64,000 nt of DNA from a virus (IMGVR_UViG_3300035670_000018:64001-128000); one strand, 5' to 3'; positions 51,629 through 57,420 are shown, counted from the first letter of the stretch. Notes: generated from the letters alone by a model not told the origin. Program-made: numbers and translations.

Positions 51629-51705
51629 GCCCTCGTAGCCCAACTGGCAGAGGCAGCAGATTCAAATCCTGCTCAGTGTAAGTTCGACTCTTACCGAGGG
51701 CACCA
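51629..51705 (+). tRNA. tRNA-Leu(CAA), short variable loop
   Basis: Leu-type D arm, TT-CAA-AT loop, CCA. Confidence 0.8.
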
Positions 51706-51714
51706 AAAAAAAAG

Positions 51715-51755
51715 TTGACAAAAACATAAAATCCAGCTAGGATGTTGTATAAATA
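51715..51755 (+). promoter_or_regulatory. tandem sigma70 and late promoters
   Basis: TTGACA-17-TAGGAT then TATAAATA (51748-51755). Confidence 0.8.
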
Positions 51756-51779
51756 GAATACAGTTTAAGAAAGACGGAA

Positions 51780-51866
51780 ATGAAACCCATTCTACCTCCA
51801 TTTACAATTAATCAAGAAACATGCCAGCCATCATGGGCAGGTGTGATGAGGGGTTCTATGTATTAA
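51780..51866 (+). CDS. putative attenuator leader peptide MKPILPPFTINQETCQPSWAGVMRGSMY
   Basis: 28-codon ORF between promoters and terminator; its 3' end is complementary to the terminator arm. Confidence 0.65.
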   Translation: MKPILPPFTINQETCQPSWAGVMRGSMY

Positions 51867-51890
51867 GTCTTAGTACAGACTTAGTTTCTT

Positions 51891-51929
51891 AGAACCCCGA
51901 AGCCAAAAGTTTCGGGGTTCTTCGTTTTT
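51891..51929 (+). terminator. intrinsic terminator (attenuator)
   Basis: AGAACCCCGAAGC-CAAAA-GTTTCGGGGTTCT-TCGTTTTT. Confidence 0.85.
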
Positions 51930-51932
51930 ATA

Positions 51933-52072
51933 GTTGCGTCCAGTGCATAGCAGATATGCGAAAAAAGAATAAGAAAAGACTTGAAATTGGCTGCGACAAG
52001 CACTATATTAGATATGTAAGAGAGAAAAGAGTTTCCCAGCCGCGCGGGACAAGATGCGGTCGCTGTTTAACA
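51933..52072 (+). promoter_or_regulatory. TATGC triple box, TTGAAA-17-TATATT promoter and boxA-like site
   Basis: CGCTGTTTAACA at 52061-52072 vs rrn boxA TGCTCTTTAACA. Confidence 0.6.
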
Positions 52073-52164
52073 TTGTTAAGTTCCTATGAGTTACCCTTGC
52101 TCACTCAAGGGCGCACTGAGTAGCGAAATATCCAGTGAGGGACTGTGACTCAGCACAGCCTCAC

Positions 52165-52289
52165 ATTCTATCTCTTCAGATATGCACCGGGCATTGTAGC
52201 TACTGCCTAGTGTGGCACAGTCGCGCTGCTTCGGTGGCGTTCAAGATGAACTGTTCGATTCAGTTGGTGCATATCTGAAGTGATAGAAT
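52165..52289 (+). ncRNA. tRNA-like RNA closed by a 24-bp stem
   Basis: ATTCTATCTCTTCAGATATGCACC / GGTGCATATCTGAAGTGATAGAAT; T-arm AACTG-TTCGATT-CAGTT. Confidence 0.65.
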
Positions 52290-52293
52290 ACAT

Positions 52294-52370
52294 TCCTCTC
52301 AAGCCAACTAGGTGGAGGCAACTGACTGTTAATCAGTGTACGACAGGTTCGAATCCTGTGGGGGGAGCCA
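52294..52370 (+). tRNA. tRNA-Asn(GTT)
   Basis: ACTGA-CTGTTAA-TCAGT, GCCA. Confidence 0.92.
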
Positions 52371-52376
52371 ATTCAT

Positions 52377-52463
52377 GGACCAGTCGCCTAGTGGCTATGG
52401 CAGCAGACTCTTAATCTGTCGTGAGAAATCACATCGTGGGTTCGAGTCCCACTTGGTCCTCCA
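52377..52463 (+). tRNA. tRNA-Lys(CTT) with long variable arm
   Basis: GCAGA-CTCTTAA-TCTGT; GTGA-GAAA-TCAC. Confidence 0.85.
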
Positions 52464-52468
52464 ATCAT

Positions 52469-52542
52469 GGCCTATTAGTGAATGGATATCACACCGCTCT
52501 GTCTAAGCGGAGAAGCGAGTTTGAGCCTCGCATAGGTCGCCA
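52469..52542 (+). tRNA. tRNA-Asp(GTC)
   Basis: CCGCT-CTGTCTA-AGCGG, GCCA. Confidence 0.88.
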
Positions 52543-52613
52543 TTTAGTACGCCTGTCCCGCTTTGGGAAGTTGGGTAGGGTTGACGGCACCCTCGCAGTA
52601 CGAAAGCCGTTAT

Positions 52614-52691
52614 CTGAGTGTACGAGAGTCTGGTTACATCCCATAGATTTGGAATCTATGAACGCAGGTTCGAATCCTGCCACTCAGACCA
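52614..52691 (+). tRNA. tRNA-Pro(TGG)
   Basis: ATAGA-TTTGGAA-TCTAT, C1-G72, ACCA. Confidence 0.85.
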
Positions 52692-52696
52692 ATTAT

Positions 52697-52770
52697 ATCA
52701 GTGTAGTGTAACGGTAGCACGGCAGCCTCCAAAACTGCTTGTCAGGGTTCGAATCCTTGCACTGGTGCCA
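52697..52770 (+). tRNA. tRNA-Trp(CCA)
   Basis: CT-CCA-AA loop, GCCA. Confidence 0.92.
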
Positions 52771-52773
52771 GTC

Positions 52774-52884
52774 AGAAAGAGCGGTAGTCGGAGTGCGAAT
52801 CCGATGAGAACATGCCTGTGATCGCACACAGGCATTAAGTATCCTCACCATAGACTTCGGTCAACATAGAGGAACGCTCTTTCT
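52774..52884 (+). ncRNA. unassigned four-way-junction RNA
   Basis: AGAAAGAGCG/CGCTCTTTCT enclosing three hairpins. Confidence 0.55.
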
Positions 52885-52939
52885 ACTTGACTTTACGTGA
52901 TGCCTCGTCTATAATAAGACAACAATCAACGAGGTAACT

Positions 52940-53155
52940 ATGGCAAAGATGACGATTAAGAAAGTGATGGAATTACAAGATCATTTCATCAAAGCTGGTA
53001 TTATGAAAGACCCTAAGTCTTATACCGCAGATGAATTGAAGTATCTTAATCCTGCTATTCCATCTGACTTCATTGATGATTATGTTGATGTTCGTGATGG
53101 TAAGAAGAAAGAAAGCGACTGGCAGCGTATTCCGCTGAAGATCGAAGATTTGTAA
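52940..53155 (+). CDS. hypothetical protein
   Basis: GAGG SD; TTGACT-17-TATAAT at 52887. Confidence 0.7.
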   Translation: MAKMTIKKVMELQDHFIKAGIMKDPKSYTADELKYLNPAIPSDFIDDYVDVRDGKKKESDWQRIPLKIEDL

Positions 53156-53161
53156 TACAAT

Positions 53162-53236
53162 GGGCTTGTAGTATAATGGGTATTATCTCCCGCTTGCACC
53201 GGGAAGAACAGGGTTCGATTCCCTGCTTGTCCACCA
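53162..53236 (+). tRNA. tRNA-Ala(TGC)
   Basis: G3-U70, CT-TGC-AC loop. Confidence 0.88.
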
Positions 53237-53244
53237 AGTTTAAC

Positions 53245-53318
53245 GCCTCTATAGTTCAATGGCAGAACGCCTGTTTTGTAATCAGGATATCAGGGTTCGA
53301 TTCCTTGTCGAGGCACCA
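53245..53318 (+). tRNA. tRNA-Thr(TGT)
   Basis: Cloverleaf, TT-TGT-AA loop. Confidence 0.9.
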
Positions 53319-53320
53319 GT

Positions 53321-53439
53321 TTAGCGTTGTAGGAGCAGAAGTGACCTTGTTGGGATGGTCTGCTGTATGCGGCTCACAGGCGAGTTGAGGGGTTTGATCA
53401 CCCCAAGTCTGGCGAGGGTTCAATTCCCTCCAACGCTAA
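53321..53439 (+). ncRNA. tRNA-like RNA without CCA or clear anticodon arm
   Basis: TTAGCGTTG/CAACGCTAA, T-arm GAGGG-TTCAATT-CCCTC. Confidence 0.55.
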
Positions 53440-53445
53440 TCTAAT

Positions 53446-53516
53446 TTGATCTGGCTACGTAGCAGCAATGTGCGTCATGAATGTCAGACAGTCAACCAAA
53501 TAACTGTGCGGTTGAC
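53446..53516 (+). ncRNA. pseudoknot RNA motif, copy A
   Basis: Covaries with copy B (53613-53698). Confidence 0.6.
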
Positions 53517-53524
53517 ACCAGTTT

Positions 53525-53610
53525 GGGTGAGCGGCAACGACGGTGAGTTGCGGCGGACTGTAAATCCCCTGTCTATGACTTAGAAGGTTCGAATCCTTTC
53601 TCACCCACCA
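53525..53610 (+). tRNA. tRNA-Tyr(GTA)
   Basis: CT-GTA-AA loop, long variable arm, ACCA. Confidence 0.9.
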
Positions 53611-53612
53611 AA

Positions 53613-53698
53613 TTGATTTAGCTACTCACACAGTATGGTTACGCCATATCTTAGAGTCACGAATGCTAAACAACCAGACTTAATACTGTGCTGTCTGG
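53613..53698 (+). ncRNA. pseudoknot RNA motif, copy B
   Basis: TTTAGC/GCTAAA, ACTC/GAGT, CCAGAC/GTCTGG, CACAGTA/TACTGTG. Confidence 0.6.
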
Positions 53699-53708
53699 AT
53701 TATTTTAT

Positions 53709-53794
53709 ACTACCTTATCCAAGTGGTTGAAGGAAGGCGGCCGATAACCGTCTGGCGAAAGCCCGCGTTTGTTCGAATCAAACAGGTAGTACCA
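53709..53794 (+). tRNA. tRNA-Ile(GAT) with C33 and long variable arm
   Basis: GGCGG-CCGATAA-CCGTC; GGC-GAAA-GCC. Confidence 0.8.
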
Positions 53795-53872
53795 TTTCCT
53801 GTGCTTGCAATCTCTCAGTTAAAAGCTGTTGCAAGATTAAGTGTTATGTCTAATATGACATAGACACAGGAT

Positions 53873-54157
53873 CTATTCTCTTGAAGGATAAAGACCTTCA
53901 ACCACCATATGTGGTACAAGTTCGTCATCATGCCATTCGCGTCTGACTTTCTTGCCATAGTCTGGTCCAGAATCAACGAATGGTCTTAAGTCTGGTAGTG
54001 CGAAAGTGTGAATACCATCGCCACCCCAACGGGTGCCCAGTAGAGAGAACAAAGGTTCATGATGTTGAATTTCTAATATCTGCCCGCGACATACCACAGT
54101 GTCTCTTGTGTTCCAAGTAAAAGGCAGATAAACAACTTGACTAATATAAGCTTCCAT
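53873..54157 (-). CDS. phage tail-collar domain protein
   Basis: CRGQIL..LFSLLGTRWGGDG..FALPDLR, GLYPSR; minus-strand CTAAATA and GGAG SD. Confidence 0.8.
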   Translation of the reverse strand: MEAYISQVVYLPFTWNTRDTVVCRGQILEIQHHEPLFSLLGTRWGGDGIHTFALPDLRPFVDSGPDYGKKVRREWHDDELVPHMVVEGLYPSRE

Positions 54158-54197
54158 GGTATACTCCATTATATGAGTTGACATGGTATTTAGTTAT

Positions 54198-54271
54198 TGG
54201 GAGATCATCTAAAGGTAGGATAGCGGTCTTTGAAACCGCCGATCTTGGTTCGATTCCAAGTCTCCCAGCCA
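54198..54271 (+). tRNA. tRNA-Gln(TTG)
   Basis: U1-A72, GCGGT-CTTTGAA-ACCGC. Confidence 0.92.
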
Positions 54272-54323
54272 ATTCGTGCTTGCATAGCATATAGTCAATA
54301 GATGTAGCCGCACTACAATAGAC

Positions 54324-54407
54324 GGACTGGTTACCGTAGTGGCGAACGGCGCTGACTTTTAATCAGCTATGCAAACACCGTGGGTTCGAGTCCCACCCAG
54401 TCCTCCA
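54324..54407 (+). tRNA. tRNA-Lys(TTT) with enlarged variable region
   Basis: GCTGA-CTTTTAA-TCAGC, TCCA. Confidence 0.85.
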
Positions 54408-54412
54408 ATTAT

Positions 54413-54487
54413 GGCGCATTAGTTTAGTGGTCAGAATACTGGGCTTTCAATCCGGGGAGAAGGGTTCAATTCCCTTATGCGCTGCCA
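54413..54487 (+). tRNA. tRNA-Glu(TTC)
   Basis: CT-TTC-AA loop, GCCA. Confidence 0.9.
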
Positions 54488-54492
54488 AATAT

Positions 54493-54570
54493 TGCGGGAT
54501 AGAGCAGTCAGGTCAGCTTGCTAGGTTCATATCCTAGAGGTCGCAGGTTCGAATCCTGCTCCCGCTTCCA
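54493..54570 (+). tRNA. tRNA-Met(CAT), initiator-like
   Basis: 1:72 mismatch, fMet-like D arm GAGC..GCTT. Confidence 0.85.
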
Positions 54571-54571
54571 T

Positions 54572-54646
54572 GCTGCATTAGTCTAGTGGTTAAGACGCAG
54601 GTCTGTGAAACCTGTTACGGCGGTTCGATTCCTCCATGCAGTACCA
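54572..54646 (+). tRNA. tRNA-His(GTG), no G-1, A73
   Basis: CAGGT-CTGTGAA-ACCTG; preceded by T, ends ACCA. Confidence 0.9.
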
Positions 54647-54651
54647 TTTAT

Positions 54652-54725
54652 TGCCCGGTCGTCTAACGGTAGGACGCCAGATTCTGACTCTGGCTATCGT
54701 GGTTCGAATCCATGCTGGGCAGCCA
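54652..54725 (+). tRNA. tRNA-Gln(CTG)
   Basis: CCAGA-TTCTGAC-TCTGG. Confidence 0.92.
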
Positions 54726-54729
54726 ATAT

Positions 54730-54804
54730 GGGGTAATGGTGAAATGGGAACACCGTGGTCTGCAAAACCATTATGAGTAGGTTCGATTCCTACTTACCCC
54801 TCCA
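54730..54804 (+). tRNA. tRNA-Cys(GCA)
   Basis: CT-GCA-AA loop, U73. Confidence 0.92.
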
Positions 54805-54810
54805 AACTAT

Positions 54811-54904
54811 GCATCCGTATCCCCCTTGGCTACGAACCAAGAGTAAGGTAACTGGAGATGGTCAGAGATGACTAATGCAGGTTCGAATCCTGTCGGATGC
54901 TCCA
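54811..54904 (+). tRNA. atypical tRNA-Arg(ACG), D-arm absent/rearranged
   Basis: GCATCCG/CGGATGC, CTTGG-CTACGAA-CCAAG, GCAGG-TTCGAAT-CCTGT, TCCA. Confidence 0.7.
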
Positions 54905-54920
54905 CTAAAGGAAAACAACA

Positions 54921-55283
54921 ATGAAACTATTAATAGCAGCCTTTGCTGCCCTATTTTTAATGACAGCACCCAGTAATGCTACAACAATGGTAGCATCATG
55001 GTATGATTGTGTTAAGCCTGGTGAATGTAGTAAACATAAGATTACTGCAAGCGGGCAAAAATTCAATCCAAATGCTTTAACAGCAGCACACAAGACATTG
55101 CCTTTCGGCACAAGACTGAGAGTTACACACAAAGGAAGATCGGTAATAGTAGTAATTAATGATAGGGGCCCGTTCATTAGAGGCAGACATTTAGACCTAT
55201 CAAGAGCAGCAGCAAGAAAGATTGGCTGCGGTGGAGTTTGCACAGTCAAGGTTGAAATCTTAGGAAAGAAGAAGAAAAGATAG
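54921..55283 (+). CDS. RlpA-like (DPBB) lytic transglycosylase with signal peptide
   Basis: ASWY, TASG, TAAHKTLPFGT, INDRGPF, DLSRAAA. Confidence 0.9.
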   Translation: MKLLIAAFAALFLMTAPSNATTMVASWYDCVKPGECSKHKITASGQKFNPNALTAAHKTLPFGTRLRVTHKGRSVIVVINDRGPFIRGRHLDLSRAAARKIGCGGVCTVKVEILGKKKKR

Positions 55284-55444
55284 ACTTGACAACATGTGGG
55301 ATTTAGTCTAATATATACATCGTGGCGGTAAGTAATGCGTTCCGTCATCCCGCAGCTAGAGGTTTGTGAGTGGACTGTTGACTGGAAACTCTCATTAACA
55401 CAATAGTGGAGGCCGTAACCACTTTAAGAAATCGGAGCGAAATT

Positions 55445-55532
55445 GGATAGGTGGCAGAGTGGTCTATCGCATCGGTCTTGAAAACCGAAGTACCTTCGGG
55501 TACCGTAGGTTCGAATCCTACCCTATCCGCCA
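55445..55532 (+). tRNA. tRNA-Ser(TGA)
   Basis: TCGGT-CTTGAAA-ACCGA, long variable arm. Confidence 0.95.
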
Positions 55533-55549
55533 AACAAGAGGAAGATACA

Positions 55550-55696
55550 ATGAGTAAAGATTGTGGTTGTGGAAGAAGTCCGACTGGTAAGTGTATCGGT
55601 TGGCATGGGTTGACAAATGAACAATACTCTGCTAAACTACAAGAATACGAAAAGAAGAACTTGACGGAATCAGCTCCTCAGTTGCTTCGTGATTGA
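55550..55696 (+). CDS. small CDGSH-like Fe-S/Zn protein
   Basis: CGCGRSPTGKCIGWH; GAGG SD. Confidence 0.6.
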   Translation: MSKDCGCGRSPTGKCIGWHGLTNEQYSAKLQEYEKKNLTESAPQLLRD

Positions 55697-55702
55697 ATAA
55701 AC

Positions 55703-55778
55703 GCTGCCTTGGTATAGCTGGTGCGTACATGCGCCTGAAGAGCGTGGGGACTCTGTTCGATTCAGAGAGGCAGCACCA
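55703..55778 (+). tRNA. tRNA-Phe(GAA)
   Basis: TGCGC-CTGAAGA-GCGTG. Confidence 0.9.
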
Positions 55779-55792
55779 TTTAGAGAGTTAAT

Positions 55793-55948
55793 ATGAAACT
55801 TAAAACTTGGTGGAAACATGCTGTGTTCCATTATGACATTCTAAAGGTGGATGATACTTGTGTTGATTACCTTAAGATGGTAACATTCTGGCATCCCGAA
55901 TACAAAGAGTATCAGACAACAGTAAGTCATGTTTCAAACATAGAATAA
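55793..55948 (+). CDS. hypothetical protein (51 aa)
   Basis: Fills the gap between tRNA elements. Confidence 0.45.
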   Translation: MKLKTWWKHAVFHYDILKVDDTCVDYLKMVTFWHPEYKEYQTTVSHVSNIE

Positions 55949-55949
55949 T

Positions 55950-55988
55950 GCGTCTTGGGAGGTGATGGTCACCTCACCGCTCTCTGAA
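55950..55988 (+). pseudogene. possible 5' half of a tRNA truncated by endonuclease insertion
   Basis: GCGTCTT, D-arm GAGG..TGG..CCTC, CCGCT-CTCTGAA, then late promoter. Confidence 0.45.
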
Positions 55989-56003
55989 ATACTAAATAGT
56001 AGT

Positions 56004-56576
56004 ATGAGATACACCATTTACAAAACGACTAATACAGTCAACGGCAAATACTACATTGGTAAACATCAAACCATTGATCCAATGGATAACTATCTGGGTT
56101 CAGGTAAGGCTATTGCTAATGCCATAAAACTACACGGTAAAGATTCTTTTGTGAAAGAAGTTCTGTTTGATTTTGATACAGAAGAGGAAATGAACAGTAA
56201 AGAGCGTGAACTTATTACTGAAGATATCGTAAACGATCCGATGTCTTACAATTTAGGTGTCGGTGGAGAAGGCGGTCCTCACTTCAGTGGAAGAAAACAT
56301 ACAGACGAAACGCGAAAAAAACAGAAAAACGCAAATACAGGTCGTGTCTATGATTACGATAAGTATAGCGAAGAAAGAAAAAAGACCTTCTTTACTGAAG
56401 GCAATGAATACTGGAAGAAAAGAAAAAAGAACTTTCATACGGAAGAGAGCAAACAAAAGATTCGAGAAAAAAGGTTATTACAACCAACACCGAATTTAGG
56501 GCGCAAAATGTCTGAGGAACAAAAAGAAAAGATTCGTCAGACGCTTCTAAAGCGAAACAAGAATATGCCTGTGTAG
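56004..56576 (+). CDS. GIY-YIG homing endonuclease (SegB-like) with NUMOD3 repeats
   Basis: TIYKTTN..YYIGKH..YLGSG; KHTDETRKK. Confidence 0.9.
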   Translation: MRYTIYKTTNTVNGKYYIGKHQTIDPMDNYLGSGKAIANAIKLHGKDSFVKEVLFDFDTEEEMNSKERELITEDIVNDPMSYNLGVGGEGGPHFSGRKHTDETRKKQKNANTGRVYDYDKYSEERKKTFFTEGNEYWKKRKKNFHTEESKQKIREKRLLQPTPNLGRKMSEEQKEKIRQTLLKRNKNMPV

Positions 56577-56641
56577 TTCATTGATAGAACATGCGTCTCA
56601 TAAGCGCAATGTAGGTGGTTTGATTCCACCCACAGGCACCA
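56567..56641 (+). tRNA. tRNA-Met(CAT), elongator-like
   Basis: TGCG(T)-CTCATAA-(G)CGCA, ACCA; overlaps the endonuclease stop codon. Confidence 0.85.
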
Positions 56642-56653
56642 AATAAATAGAAT

Positions 56654-56856
56654 GCTAACTCCGACGGGAGTTGGCCGAGTGCAAGGAAATGACTGCTCAC
56701 CAGGAGCGGTTAACTTGGCTAGATGGTGTGGTGCCCGTGCGCGACTGACGAGAGTCAGAGGCGTATCGTCTCCGACCAAGAGAATCTAGGCTGACACGTG
56801 GCAGATACAAGGTATCTTGGTCGTGTCTTGTGGGTGTACCCCAGTCCCACCTCACC
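56654..56856 (+). ncRNA. unassigned ~200-nt structured RNA
   Basis: GC-rich, at least seven helices, preceded by ATAAATA. Confidence 0.6.
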
Positions 56857-56865
56857 TTATTAAAT

Positions 56866-56939
56866 GCGGGTTTGTTGTAGTGGTAGCGAACTACCTTGCC
56901 ATGGTAGAAGCGCGGGTTCGATTCCCGCATCCCGCTCCA
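56866..56939 (+). tRNA. tRNA-Gly(GCC)
   Basis: CTACC-TTGCCAT-GGTAG, U73. Confidence 0.9.
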
Positions 56940-56954
56940 ATCATAAATACCAAT

Positions 56955-57309
56955 ATGCTAACTATTCTATTTGTATTTTTGTTGTTGGGAACAGAAGTTC
57001 TTGCTTTCCTTATCATGATAGTGGTGTTAACATATGAAAAGATGTTTCCTAAAGAAGAACAGAAAAACAATATATTCTATGATGATAAGATGATAAATAT
57101 TGATGACCAATCAAGGTCAAACACGAGGTAAGAATATGTTGAACACAGTTGTTGTTTTGGTTCTTGTTGCTGTTGTACTATGGGTCGGTTGGACTCTTTG
57201 GCAGAACGGCTGGGATGTAAAGAAGGCAGGTGCTGCTCTTGTAGCTGCGGCCGCTGCTGCTTGGCTCTGGATATCAGATTCGATTACATCTCTAACCGCA
57301 GGCATGTAA
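56955..57309 (+). CDS. two small membrane proteins (56955-57131, 57136-57309)
   Basis: Hydrophobic helices; late-promoter motifs upstream. Confidence 0.5.
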
Positions 57310-57420
57310 TCTAGAAACCGCTCTTGGCCCGTAGCGGTATAGAAGTCTTCTGGGTAAGTCGTGCAAATGCTAATTCCAAATTATCAGGTTGCAGGACAAG
57401 CTAACGGGCTTCCAATTCAA

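Noticed and set aside
51629-51705. Possible TCA (Sec/opal suppressor) anticodon in GATTCAAAT
   Set aside because: Stem register places CAA at 34-36 and the D-arm is Leu-type; TGA and TAG end genes normally, so there is no sign of recoding.
55950-56641. Group I intron in a tRNA anticodon loop
   Set aside because: No P7/catalytic core and no matching 3' exon; the ORF runs directly into a different complete tRNA.
51005-57131. ORF-track entries overlapping tRNAs (e.g. 51005, 51163, 52421, 52618, 53176, 55345, 56537, 56697)
   Set aside because: Chance frames across RNA genes; real starts for 55451, 55962 and 56817 were moved downstream of the RNA elements.
57350-57404. tmRNA-like tag frame (GCA AAT GCT AAT..TAA)
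   Set aside because: The peptide does not end in an Ala-Ala-type degron and no tmRNA acceptor/T-arm ends flank it.
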